Counted from the stretch's first letter, positions 1-12,564 are shown. The stretch is 64,000 nucleotides of DNA from Eledone cirrhosa (GCA_964016885.1 OZ024741.1:157480001-157544000); one strand, 5' to 3'. Numbers and translations: made by a program. Notes: generated by a model not told the origin, from the sequence alone.

Positions 1-744
1 AAAAGTTAAAGAAATTATTAAAGTGACCCACCTTAGTGTTATGACGATGGACTCGGAGAGCGAGTTGTTGAACGATGACAGGATCATGTAAAACACAGCC
101 AAAGAATGATATTGGTATATTAATGGTATGGTACTATTAATCCTCCGACCGTTGTCACTTACTCACTAAATTAATGGTACAGCCTTTCACATATACTAAC
201 AGAGCAGCAGGATACAAGTTCGGGTATAATCCATAACAGTTAGTTGGTTTTAACTACTGCTTTCGTTTATATATATATATATAATGTGTGCGTCTGATAC
301 TACGATATCTACTCGTGTTTGTCACTGTGTTTTTGTGTACATATTATATAGAGAGAGGCATATATCACTATGTATATGTGTGTGTGTGTAATACATAGAG
401 AAGGTAAGAGGGCACACCCTTATCCACCAAACTTGCGAGCACTCATACACACACATTGATAGGACCGTTAACATCAACAAAAACTTCCTCCCCCTCTCTC
501 TCTCTCTAAAGGTCTCTGCACCTCCTAACTAAAATGACCACAAGCAAGTGTCAAGTGGTTTTAAATATAAACATCGACTTCATTATTGAAACTTTTCTTC
601 GAAGTTCTTTACTGAAGCTTTCCAACATTATGAAATTTTTTTCTTATTAATCAATCATCTTTTTGTACATAAATATTTATCGTATTTTAAGCGCGGGACC
701 CTCTGTCATCATTGTTAGTATTATTAAGAAACCATGAGGTGATC

Positions 745-880
745 TTTAAGTGGGGTCGATGAAATATACGAACTTCCAGTTAGTGAGGCAGTGCGCTGGA
801 TGAAATCGATTTAAACGACTATTAAACCCGTCCCTCGAAAAGTTTGTTGTTGTTTTTTTAGCTGTGTGCCTGCTAGAAAT
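745..880 (+). mobile_element. Degenerate tRNA-derived SINE (family 1), 3' part
   Basis: GGGGTCGATGAAAT...AATCGATTTAAACGACT...TGTGCCT..TAGAAAT resembles the family-1 body and tail. Confidence 0.4.
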
Positions 881-1000
881 AAAACGATTATATGTAGCTT
901 GCTTTACTTTTTTCTTTGATAATATATACGGCTGCTGGCTTTATTTGCGTGTTATAGTTATTTGTAATTCTGTGTGAATGGAGTTTGCTTTCTATTGTAG

Positions 1001-1135
1001 GTTGACAGTAACAGTGTAGACAGGCAGACACCTAAACAAAGACAGGGGATGAAGATGCTTTGGGATGCTTTGGCAAACATACGCGTTTTTGTTGTAGTTA
1101 CTTTCTTTGTTTTGTGCCTTGTTACCGGTTCATAA
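1001..1135 (+). CDS. Candidate terminal coding exon of an unknown host gene with a hydrophobic C-terminus
   Basis: Pyrimidine-rich acceptor TTTGCTTTCTATTGTAG ends at 1000. The phase-0 frame reads VDSNSVDRQTPKQRQGMKMLWDALANIRVFVVVTFFVLCLVTGS*; the other two frames close within 6 codons. Unique sequence follows. Confidence 0.35.
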   Translation, partial: VDSNSVDRQTPKQRQGMKMLWDALANIRVFVVVTFFVLCLVTGS

Positions 1136-2059
1136 CTTGGGGTATACACGGCTAGATATAGAGGTCCGTTAGTTAAGTTGAAAATTTCAACTACTTTGTT
1201 AAAAATATAATATACACATGCTATTGGGTATATATTCGTCTGTCTTTCACATATTCTCAATGTAAACAACCCGGGAATGCGCGTAATTGTAATGAAAGGT
1301 CCTTTGTAGTGAAAAAGTTGGAAATTCTTGCTGATAGAATAATGGTTTGTCCTAATGGTATTGATGAATTAACGAACCGGGGGAGATATCGATTTAAACA
1401 ACCAACTCCTCATCCGAAAGTTTCTAGCTTTCTGCCAGTTAAATACAAGACTATTATATATATATGTGTGTGTGTTACTGGTGCTTGCTTATATATGTTG
1501 ACAGTTACACGGGGTACAGACTAACACTATAGGCACGGAAAGAGAAGTAAAGATAGAGTGGCGAAAGATGTTTCTGTGTTGTTGTAATGCAGTAGTACCA
1601 CTTTTGTTGTTGTTAAAACACAGTAACAACTTTTGTTGTTATACAGTATCACAACTTTGAAGAGGCCCTGAGAAAGTTTCCTTCGACCTTCTATTACTAC
1701 AAGACGGCGGGCGCGAGTAAATTAAATGAAAAATACAAAGAAACTTCAAAACTACGGAAGACCAACTGAAACACAATGTCACCAAAAATCTCTTTCGATG
1801 TAACCAATCCCATTTTGTCACTTCGTTCGCTGACACATACATATAACACACTCACACCACACGTACACACATACATATACCAGACAGACAACATTCACAT
1901 ACATATACACGCACATAATACTTACGTACACCACACACATTTATACATACACATCCACATCAACGACACAAAATATTTTTTTCTTATTTTTTAAAGTAAG
2001 ATTTCATGAATTTTCAATATGCTTTTTATTTTGTTTTCTATCTTTCTACCCCTCCCCTC

Positions 2060-2519
2060 TACATCTCCACCAACACCATCACTACCTTTACACCATACAC
2101 TAACAATAAAAACAACTCCACCACCACCACCACCAACAACATTACTACACCACTATACACCAACAACAACTACACCACCACCACTATTTTATTATCACCA
2201 GTCCAATATCACTACCATCACCAATACCACTATCACCATCTTTATCATCAACATCCCTTTAACTCCCATTATCACCTCCAGGCACCATCATCAACATCAA
2301 CACCACTAGCATCACTAACACCACCATAACTCCCATTACCACCTCCTGACACCATCACCCCAATCACCAGCATCAACACCACTATCACCACCAATACCAC
2401 CACCACCAACACCACCAACACCCCAATCACCAGCATCAACACCACTAGCACCACCAATACCACCACCACCAACACCACCATCACCCCAATCACCAGCATC
2501 AACACCACTAACACCACCA
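2060..2519. repeat. (CAC/CAA)-rich low-complexity tract with 60-bp subrepeats
   Basis: About three 60-bp units between 2350 and 2520. Confidence 0.8.
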
Positions 2520-3755
2520 GAAACACTACCATCACCACCACTAACAACTGCACTGCCACCACTACACCAACATCACCAGTCCAATATCACACATCCCCAC
2601 CACCAAACCACCACCAACACTACCATCACCACCACTAACAACTGCACTGCCACCACTACACCAACATCACCAGTCCAATATCACACTTCCCCACCACCAA
2701 ACCACCACCAACACCACCATCACCACCACTAACAACACTACCATCACCACCACTAACAACTGCACTACCACCACTACACCAACATTACCAGTCCAATATC
2801 ACACTTCCCCACCACCAAACCACCACCAACACTACCATCACCACCACTAACAACTGCACTGCCACCACTACACCAACATCACCAGTCCAATATCACACTT
2901 CCCCACCACCAAACCACCACCAACACCACCAACACCACCACTAACAACTGCACTACCACCACTACACCAACATCACCAGTCCAATATCACACTTCCCCAC
3001 CACCAAACCACCACCAACACCACCATCACCACCACTAACAACTGCACTGCCACCACTACACCAACATCACCAGTCCAATATCACACTTCCCCACCACCAA
3101 ACCACCACCAACACTACCATCACCACCACTAACAACTGCACTACCACCACTACACCAACATCACCAGTCCAATATCACACTTCCCCACCACCAAACCACC
3201 ACCAACACCACCATCACCACCACTAACAACTGCACTGCCACCACTACACCAACATCACCAGTCCAATATCACACATCACCACCACCAAACCACCACCAAC
3301 ACCACCATCACCACCACTAACAACTGCACTACCACCACTACACCAACATCACCAGTCCAATATCACACTTCCCCACCACCAAACCACCACCAACACCACC
3401 ATCACCACCACTAACAACTGCACTGCCACCACTACACCAACATTACCAGTCCAATATCACACTTCCCCACCACCAAACCACCACCAACACCACCATCACC
3501 ACCACTAACAACTGCACTGCCACCACTACACCAACATCACCAGTCCAATATCACACTTCCCCACCACCAAACCACCACCAACACTACCATCACCACCACT
3601 AACAACTGCACTACCACCACTACACCAACATCACCAGTCCAATATCACACTTCCCCACCACCAAACCACCACCAACACTACCATCACCACCACTAACAAC
3701 TGCACTTCCATCACTACAACACCCATCTAATATCACACTTCCCCACCATCACCAT
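2520..3755. repeat. 94-bp minisatellite, about 13 copies
   Basis: ACCAGTCCAATATCAC recurs at 2575, 2669, 2787, 2881, 2975, 3069, 3163, 3257, 3351, 3445, 3539 and 3633 (period 94; one 118-bp unit). Confidence 0.95.
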
Positions 3756-4109
3756 CGCACTGCCACCACTACCCCACTAATATTATAATCACCACCACAC
3801 AACCATCACTAATACACTACCACCACCAACAAACTCAGAAAATAACCTCAACAACAGTTTGATATTCCTGCATTTTCTAAAACTTCAAATCAACCAGTCC
3901 TTCAATACATTGTTTAAAAGAAAGGGTTTGTTTACATTCAAGCTGTTCGGCATCTATGTGGAATCTGTGATAAACAGCTCTTTAGCTTAATAGTAAAGTG
4001 CTCAACCAGAATTCATATGATACAGAGTTCAATGCTACATAACAGTAGTCGGCCACTCTTTTCCCATCTCTAGTGATATTTAACCTGATTTTCTAAACTA
4101 TTAATTATA

Positions 4110-4470
4110 ATAATTGTTTCTACTTTTGGCACAAGACCACAAATACCCAATGCATTACTGGTACTTTATTTTATCGACCCCGTAAGGATGAAATGCAAAG
4201 TTAACCTCGGCGGGATTTGAACTCAGAATGGCAAGGGCCGTAACTCTATACTTCAAAGCATGGCGTCCGACCCTCTACCGATACTATTAATTATAATTGT
4301 TTCTACGTTATGCACAAGGCCAGCAATTACCCAGTGCATTACTGGTACTTTATTTTATCGACCCCGTAAGGATGAAAGGCAAAGTTAACCTCGGCGGGAT
4401 TTGAACTCAGAATGGCAAGGGCCGTAACTCTATACGTCAAAGCATGGCGTCCGACCCTCTCCCAATACTG
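4110..4470 (-). mobile_element. Tandem dimer of tRNA-derived SINE family 1
   Basis: Two ~183-bp copies. The minus strand shows B box GAGTTCAAATCC, central GCCTTTCATCCTTACGGGGTCGATAAAATAAAGTACCAG and tail GTAGAAACAATTA. Confidence 0.9.
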
Positions 4471-4540
4471 CTATTAATTATAATAATTGACTGTTGTTAC
4501 AGTTATTTTCAGCATTTGGGATTCCTGCATTTTCTAATAA

Positions 4541-4641
<101 letters not shown>

Positions 4642-4671
4642 CATACCTATATATATATATATATAGTAATA

Positions 4672-4930
<259 letters not shown>

Positions 4931-5212
4931 GGGAGAAAAATACTGCTGGTAGCACATGGATAACATGTAATAAAATAAGTCCCTCATCAGTGATTTGCCG
5001 ACGATCATAGATATTTCATTGCATTAAAAATCATATACCTCACGTCGGTGCAATAATAACTAAATTAAGTTATTAGGACAATATATAGTATTAAGGATAC
5101 TATTTATGGTTATGTATATAATAAAACCTTTTATAGTTAAATATATTTTAAACTCTAAGGTGGAAACAATTGTAAGCAAATAAATGATTTAAACTGAACT
5201 TTGATTCATGTA

Positions 5213-5285
<73 letters not shown>

Positions 5286-5597
5286 CTAACCTGGTTAGTT
5301 TTTTCGTTGATTTGGTATTGTATGGCTGGGTTTTGCCTGCTGCAATTTTCACTTTGTCAAGCTATCTCAACATATTGTTATTACTCTGAGGTCCTATCCT
5401 TATTGAGTGCTTTGCTACTCATTCCTAATTGTAGTTCGATTTTGCTTACTTCAGCTGGACACTGCCAGATGGCGTTAGTTGGTGGTGTTTTGGCATAGCT
5501 ATGGCTCTCTAAATGTTTATTATAAACATACCATATTTCTTCTGAAATACGAAATTCCAATACATATCTGTATACAACTATGCCTGAAGCTAAATTG

Positions 5598-5648
<51 letters not shown>

Positions 5649-5783
5649 GATTGTAACGTCAAGGTACTGTTGGTTCACCAAAGTGAGCACTCGGTGCACA
5701 GTCTTCAGTATGTACTTTGGGGTTGTACTAAGCAGAGTGTAATATCAATGATAAGTATGGACAACGTGTCAAATTTTCATTAA

Positions 5784-5912
5784 GTTTATTCAGGTGTGAT
5801 GCAATTGATCAGCTCGGGATTCAATCTCTATTGATTGAACCCGACTCTAGAATCAAAAGCTCATGAGACTTCTGTTAGCTTAATGACGGAATTCCAGAGT
5901 CGGGCCCAATCC
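5784..5912. repeat. Unclassified dispersed repeat (second copy 32553-32672)
   Basis: Shared GTTTATTCAGGTGTG...CGACTCT(A/G)GAATCAAAAGCTCAT.AGACTTCTGTTAG. Confidence 0.7.
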
Positions 5913-6188
5913 ATATTTATTATTAATTATATATATTTATTAATTTATTTTATTTAAACGTCCGTATAGAACTAGTAAGCCATGGCGTACTCAGGGGAAG
6001 TATAGAGTACTCTTTACAATTGGTAATCAAAAAGAGCTAGTAAGACAAGTAATAAAAAAGAAAAGAAACTGAAATAAAAAAAAGAGTAAAGGGAAAAAAA
6101 ATAAAATAACAAAAATAACATTTCAAATATTGAAGGCAAATGGGAGGCAGATTATGCCTAAGAAAACGAAAAGGAATATATATATATA

Positions 6189-6435
6189 TAGTTATGTAAT
6201 AAACAACATAAGATAATTATTTCATTTACCAAAGGTTTCATGAAGACAGACAATTTTATTTAAATAAAATTTCATTCTGACGACCGAAGTCAGACGTCTG
6301 TGTCAGGCTCATCTGTCTTCGTGAAACCTTCGGTAAATGAAATAATTATCTTATGTTGTTTATTACATAACTAAAAAGCTCTGTAACCTACATAGAGCAC
6401 TCTCTTTTCCTTTACCTTTTCTACGGAAACACTTC
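6189..6435 (+). mobile_element. Solo Penelope-type pseudo-LTR with partial inverted copy
   Basis: 62-bp arms at 6189-6250 and 6312-6373; contains a hammerhead; (TA)n on both sides; diverged homolog at about 27085-27255 (minus). Confidence 0.65.
6269..6343 (+). ncRNA. Type-I hammerhead ribozyme motif
   Basis: Stem I ATTTCATT/AATGAAAT (8 bp); core CTGACGA at 6277; stem II CGAAG/CTTCG; GAAA at 6323; stem III ACC-ttc-GGT; GUA triplet at 6333-6335. Confidence 0.8.
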
Positions 6436-6458
6436 ATATATATATATAGAGAGAGAGA

Positions 6459-8278
6459 AACGATATTAAGAAATTTAGGTCTTCTAATAACACCTTCGTC
6501 CTTTCCGACAAAACTAACAATATTTACGAAGTCGACAACACCACTTTCCGCCACCTGGCCCATAACGCTATTACTTCTAAATATAAGAAAGCTAACCCTA
6601 TGGCCTACCACGACATTAATACAGAAGCCAAGGAACTCGCCACCGACCTTAAGGTAGATAAGAAGCTACAATCTCTAGCTAAGCGAGAGGCGTTCCTCAC
6701 CCTGAAAGATCACAAGGTAGACTTTACTTCTAACCTCACATGCAGACTAATAAACCCGGCATGCACAGATATGGGACTAGTCAGTAAAGCCATACTTAGA
6801 AACATAGTTAAAACCATTAGGACCAAGTCCAACCTGCCCCAGTGGGAGAACAGCGACTTCGTAATTAAGTGGTTTAACTCCTTAAAATCCAAAAAAGCGA
6901 AATTTACACAGTTTGACATTGTCGATTTTTACCCGTCGATCTCAGAGACCCTGTTAAACAAAGCGTTGGACTTCGCTACCACTTATACCACCGTCGATGG
7001 TTTAGACAGGGAAATCATCGCTCACTGCCGGAAAACCCTCCTCTTCAACGACGGATTAGCCTGGGCAAAGAAGTCTACATCTTCAGACCTGTTCGACATC
7101 TCCATGGGATCGTTTGACAGTGCTGACGTATGTGACCTGGTTGGCATTTTTATCTTAGACATATTACGTGTTAGATTCCCGGACTTCCACACGGGAATAT
7201 ACCGTGACGATGGACTGACTTTATCGAGCCATAAAAGTGGTCACGACCTCGACCGGTTTAAAAAAGACTTAGCTTCTACCTTCAATAAGTTAGGCCTTAG
7301 GATAACAGTAGCCACCAACCTCTCTAGCGTGGATTTATTAGACATTAATTTAGACCTTCGCACCCACACACACAGACCCTTCCATAAGCTAAACGAGAAA
7401 CTTAATTACATTCACAAGGACTCATGCCACCCTCCTACAGTTTTTAGAAACTTCGTTAAGAATATCAGTACTAGAATCTCAAACCTCTCCTCTAATAAGG
7501 CTATCTTTGACAGGGCGGCACCCTACTATAACACGGCGTTGGCTAACAGCGGCTTCTCACAACCTATCACCTACTCCCCCACTAGCAACAACACCATTAA
7601 AAAAAGTAAGCGCATCAATAGACAAACTATCTGGTTCTCTCCTCCCTTCTCACTCAACGTTAAAACCAATGTAGGAAAAATATTCTAGCCCTCTTAGATA
7701 GACACTTCCCCATAGGTCATAAATACCGCTCCATCTTTAACCGACACAAAGTTAAACTAGGATACTCCTGCGCTAAGAACATGAAGGCCCACATCACCAG
7801 CAGCCCTAAGAGCAACACCCCACCAAGGTGCTCTTGCCGTAAACCTGAAGCTTGCCCCCTTCAACAACAATGCCACAGACCAGCTGTAATCTATGAAGCT
7901 GTGGTCACTTCCAACCGACCAAACGAACCACAGGAGGTCAAATCCTATGTGGGCATGGCGGAGGGCCGATTCAAGGAGCGTTTCCTGAACCACCAGTCTA
8001 CCTTAAGATACCCGGACAGACGTTCATCCACGAAACTCGCGAGCCACGTATGGTCCCTCAAGGACTCAAGTATAGGGTACTCCATTCAATGGAAAGCCAT
8101 CCCTAAGTCCAAGCCATACGCAAAGGGAAATCCGACGTGTGGCTTATGTATTGACGAACGGATAACTATCCTAAAGGGATTACGCAATAGTGATTGCCTA
8201 AACACGAGAAGTGAATTTTTCACACGTTGTCCACACGTCACCAAACATCTATTACATAACTACAAGGCTCCGGACTGA
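6459..8278 (+). pseudogene. PLE reverse transcriptase-GIY-YIG endonuclease polyprotein, one 1-nt frameshift near 7685
   Basis: Frame open from 6459 (NDIKKF..SDKTNNIY). RT motifs QFDIVDFYPSI, SMGSFDSADVCDLVG and YRDDGL. After the shift: LALLDRHFP..GYSC, CSCRKPEACPL, VIYEA..SYVG, FKERFLNH, CGLCIDE, LNTRSE..CPH. Confidence 0.9.
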
Positions 8279-8445
8279 TTCTTTGTAATTTTATTTTTTT
8301 ATTTTTTTATCAACCAAAAAACTTTCCGGACTTTCGCAGTTATCTCCCTTACACCCCCCCCCCGCACGCAGTCTACTATTTCGTGTGTGAAGTGACCGAG
8401 TTTCTGCGCATGCGCGTTCGTACGGTTGTCCTTCCTGTTCCTATA

Positions 8446-8503
8446 ACCATATACATCCCGAGCTGAAGATCCGCGAAGGTGAAACAATTGTTCCCGGTAT
8501 GGT
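8446..8503 (+). ncRNA. Minimal type-I hammerhead ribozyme in the PLE pLTR
   Basis: CTGAAGA at 8463; short stem II CC-gcgaa-GG; GAAAC-AATT-GTT with a palindromic loop; stem I CCGAG/CCCGG plus ACCATA/TATGGT. Confidence 0.75.
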
Positions 8504-8525
8504 GAACTAACTGTTGTGTAACCAC

Positions 8526-8559
<34 letters not shown>

Positions 8560-8655
8560 TAGCAGTGGTACCCGGCGTTGCACAGGATAAGGTATTTTGG
8601 AACGCAGGCCGCCAACAGACCTAATCGTGGAAAAACTGCATGCCTGGACAATTTT

Positions 8656-9255
8656 CTAGGGCGGGTAAAATTCCCGAGATCCATGGACGAGTTCTCTCCA
8701 GTGGTCTCTGTCTGTCATTATCGCTGTCATGTCCAGCATCTCCAACAGACCAGTGTCTGTCCTTAGGGCATCAACATACGTTAAGCTTGGTCTTACTCTT
8801 CCAGTGTGTCCATGTAGGAGCTCCCACAGGAGCACTGAGTGCAATGTCAACTCTGGATGTCGGTGAGCATGTCCAGCTAACCACTGTCTCCTCTGTGTCA
8901 CCTTTGAGCTAATGTAGGCGGGAAGCTGCTAGAATTGGTTGAGGATTTCCTGTATTTGGGAACAAAGATTGGGAATACGGAAGATGATGTGGTTGAGAGG
9001 AAGAGCAAAGCCTGGGCGGTGTGCCACAGCTTGAGATCAGTGTGGAAGTCGGACCTTCGTAAAGACCTGAAAATCCGCCTCTTCATTGCTGTAGTGGAGT
9101 CTGTGCTACTGTACGGGTCTGAGACTTGGACACTGACCAAGAAACTCACTCAGATGTTGGATGGGTGCTACATGAGAATGCTGAGGATGGCTCTGAACAT
9201 TAATCAGTATACACTGAGGATGAAAAACTCAGAGCTGTATGGGAGCCTGAACAAT
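8656..9255. mobile_element. RTE LINE 3' fragment with inverted 5' segment
   Basis: Plus strand ~8920-9250 reads VEDFLYLG..YGSETWTL..NSELYGSL; its continuation SKVTQRRQWLAGH..RPSLTY..DRDHWR is on the minus strand at 8656-8912. Confidence 0.8.
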
Positions 9256-9716
9256 ATGTAAAGAAAATAAACCGAATACTCTGATGGCCGGATAATCTTT
9301 AAGATTTTCCTCGATGAAGCAGGAAAAATTCACATCGTAGGGGATCAAGAAAATGAATTTTTTTTATGTGCATAATATGTCTTGAAATTTCGGGAAAATC
9401 GGCTAGACTTAAAGTCACAAAATAGCCCTAAAAAGCTGAAAAAATGAAGTTTTTCACCTAATGCGGGCCTTAGGCCAAAACAAAGTTGGATTTTCTTTGC
9501 TCACGTATGTAAAAGAGACTGGCTAATACATAGTTACAATTTCAAGGAAATTGGGTGACGTAACACCTAAAAAGCTGAAAAAACGCAGTTTTTCACCCTA
9601 GGGGATCAAAAAGTTGTGTATAACACTCGCTGAAACATAAGTAATACACATGTAAAGTTTGAAAAAAATCGGTTGGGTACTTCTCGGGTTTCAAACACAC
9701 ACACACATACATACAT

Positions 9717-10266
9717 GGTGGCTGCCAACTCGTTTTCGAGTACGGCCACTACTTTATATCCATGTAGGAGAACCCTTAGCGATGCGCTGAACGAGTGTGA
9801 CTTTTTAGTCCAGCCAGTGACATGAAAACTCTGGTACAAACGCTCCACTTGTGACAATTATTGACACATAGTGCTGGGCCCATGGTACCATGTGACGACA
9901 AGTGCAGAGAGATCTCCAGATATAAAGCAATGACTGTGCCATGAAGCTTTTATAGTGAGCAAAGGCACTGCACAAAGCCAGTCCCACTCTCTTAACCAAG
10001 ATGATATTTACCAAAAAGAAGAACAAGTCAACATCATTGGATACCATCAGGGTTGCAGGTGTTATATCAGAGTTTTCCTTCTAGAAATCTGCCTTGACAA
10101 AGGCTAAGGGGTCATCTCTCCCGGTGATTTTGGACGGCCATTGACTCTTAAGAGCTCCTTTGCCCTTTGACAGGTTTTGTTTTTAGTCTTGCAGGATGTC
10201 CAAAGTCACCCTCCTCACCAAGAAACCTTGGTGGGGTTGCCAGTTTAGTCGCCAACGACCCGACCA
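9717..10266 (-). mobile_element. Internally deleted (bipartite) RTE derivative
   Basis: 5'UTR-like GGCGACTAAACTGGCAACCCCACC joined to a C2H2 remnant (SVCTRVFMSLAGLKSHTRSAHR*) and tail GCAGCCACCAT; sits in (CATA)n. Confidence 0.6.
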
Positions 10267-10550
10267 TACATACATACATACATACATCCTTCCTCAGTTT
10301 TAAATATCAGAATGTCGTAATGCAGACAGACAGATATTATAAGAGCACTACGGAGATGGATAACCGGCGCCTAACACCCCTTTAACAACAGAAAATTGAA
10401 AAATAAAAGCTGCAGTTAATATCTTTAGACCGCAAGGAATATATAAATGCAAGTTTGAAGTCAATCGGAGTAGAAATGTGGATTTGTATAGACTTTGCAA
10501 AAATGAGGACACACACACAGACAACATCAGTTTTATATACATAGATTATA

Positions 10551-10733
10551 ATAATGGTTTCTTATATAGGCACAAGCCCAGTGTATTACTGGTACTTTAT
10601 TTTATCGACTCCGTAAGGATGAAAGGCAAAGTTAACCTCGGTGGGATTTGAACTCAGACTATAAAGGGACGTAACTCTATGTTACAAAGCATGGCATCCG
10701 ACCTTCTACCAATACTGCCAATTCACTGCCCTT
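10551..10733 (-). mobile_element. SINE family 1
   Basis: A/B boxes and central domain on the minus strand. Confidence 0.85.
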
Positions 10734-10739
10734 ATGTAT

Positions 10740-11178
10740 AATAATAATAATAATAATAATAGTAATAATAATAATAATTAAATTATTGTGTACAGTGCTC
10801 AGGTGCACTACAACTCATCAAGGGTGCATGTATAGTACATAGAATAATGTACAAATGTCAGGAAAGTGAACAGTGTATGAATCATGATATACATGTGTAT
10901 GGAGGGGGGATATCAGGTGTAGTGTTGATAAATTTCAGGAAGCATGGAGGTTTTAAAGGGTACAGTGTCTCGACAGCTAACATCTAATGCAGGTAGTTTG
11001 TTCCATGCTTCAGCAACTCTGAGCAATAAAAAATGTTTCCAAAAGTCATGGGAGCTGTGCTGTTTTCTGACTTTGTAGGCATGCCCACGGGTGTTAAACA
11101 TATGGAATTCAAAAAGGTGCTCAGGGTTGTTGTTGGCAAGGTGGTTAATAATTTTGTGAGTGTCTACCAAGTCAGTTG
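10740..11178 (-). mobile_element. CR1-clade LINE 3' fragment with (ATT)n tail
   Basis: TRGHAYKVRKQ..HF..RVAEAWNKLP; matches 62040-62560. Confidence 0.85.
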
Positions 11179-11414
11179 AAAAGAAAACCAGAGTTTGTAG
11201 AAATCAATATTATTTGGTTTCCTTTGAATACATATTTTATGGTCTGTGATGCTGCTTATTTTTCAATCTTTTTCATTTTACGTCCTGGACCATACCTCAG
11301 ATTTATTTGATCTGCATGATTAATAATTGTAACAACACATTGAGCTTCCAATTATCTTATTTAGTCAAAACTAAGTGGATATATCCATTTATAAATCTTA
11401 GTATGTATATATAT

Positions 11415-11667
11415 ATTTTCAATGTGGTCTGTCTTTCGTAGTAGGGTCCGTACCGTAGATAGAACTCAATGTAATCTGATAACGAGTAATCCAGTGAAAT
11501 CCATAGAAAGGTTCCATGTTCCGCTGACGAGTCTGATATTAGATATTAATTTTACAATGAAAATAATAACAGTCAAGTTATTTTACCTATTGATATCATT
11601 GTTTTACAATAGTTTTGGAGGGCTGAAACCTCCCCTGAAAAGATCGTAAAACAATGATATGAATAGT
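11415..11667. mobile_element. pLTR-like module with short inverted duplication
   Basis: Arms 11587-11607 and 11646-11666; left part resembles 40745-40790; degenerate GAAAA-GATC-GTA half hammerhead; TA-flanked. Confidence 0.45.
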
Positions 11668-11681
11668 ATATATATGAATGC

Positions 11682-11712
<31 letters not shown>

Positions 11713-12214
11713 CTTAATACATTAACAGAGAAAGCTTTTAGCGATACTCCGACCAACTTGTATTTCGTGGATAGTTGGCTGTATTATTTTATATGAGACA
11801 TAATTAAATAAATCTCTCTCTTTCTATATATATAATGGGAATGGGAATGGTGGTGGTGTTGGTGTTGGTGTTGGTGGTGGAGGAGGAGAAGGAGGAGAGC
11901 ATTAACTATTTAACTATATTGAAATAGAGATAGATAGATAGATACCTAGATATCATCTTACTCAATCTGATGATCTGATTGAGCTAACATCGTATTTGAA
12001 ATTGAGTGGCACTGCTTATAGTGTTCAGCAATTTTTAGACAACTTAATCAGAGAAACAATTGTTAGACTGTAAATAAATCCCCTTTTTTGTACTGTTGAC
12101 CATGTTATTCTTCACTTTTTCAAAATTATATATATATATCATCATCATCATCATCATTTAACATCCATTTTCCACGCTACCATGGGTCAGGACTATATAA
12201 ATATATATATATAT

Positions 12215-12320
12215 ATAATGGACCCCCAGCATTCGCAGGCCTGGTTATTCACGGGATTTTCTTTAGAACCTAATTAACAAATATTCATGGAAACCACTGC
12301 ATATGGAAGTTCCCGAGAGA
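12215..12320 (+). mobile_element. Possible Tigger/pogo terminal fragment
   Basis: TGGACCCCCAGCATTCGCAGG..TATTCACGG resembles Tigger-type termini; no partner end seen. Confidence 0.25.
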
Positions 12321-12564
12321 CAATCTACTGAAAGTCACAAATGAGGCATGTGGCTGCAGTAGAGGTTCTATAAGTAGGAGAGTGACTTGGTGATGGAATA
12401 GTAGGGGGTATGAAACAAGTAAAGTCAAGAAACAGGCATGGAAGGAATAGGAAAATGGGGGTAAAAGAGAGCTTTACCAAGTGGCAAAGAGAGGGACGAA
12501 ATAACATGTATACTTTGCAAGGAAGTGGAAAGTAAAAAATGTATACATATTATGCAGCATGGTA

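Larger units (their letters stand above)
6459..8530 (+). mobile_element. Penelope-like retroelement (Hydra-clade-like), 5'-truncated, with 3' pLTR
   Basis: RT plus C-terminal GIY-YIG ORF, hammerhead in the 3' non-coding part, bounded by (TA)/(GA)n and (TA)n. Confidence 0.9.
8559..10545 (-). mobile_element. Non-autonomous Helitron, composite, carrying retroelement fragments
   Basis: Minus strand starts A|TCTATGTATATAAAAC and ends in a GC-rich hairpin (CCTGTGCAACGCCGGG) then CTAG|T; inserted at AT with no TSD. Confidence 0.7.

Noticed and set aside
958-1269. Minus-strand 103-aa ORF with a TM-like segment
   Set aside because: No splice support; it is antisense to the better plus-strand exon candidate.
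2006-2562. Thr/His/Val-rich mucin-like ORFs
   Set aside because: Low-complexity CAC tract; the adjoining 94-bp unit is not a multiple of 3.
2520-3755. CRISPR-like regular array
   Set aside because: No unique spacers, no cas genes, eukaryotic context.
11960-12006. CTGATGA...GAAA hammerhead-like match
   Set aside because: No stem III or NUH site can form.
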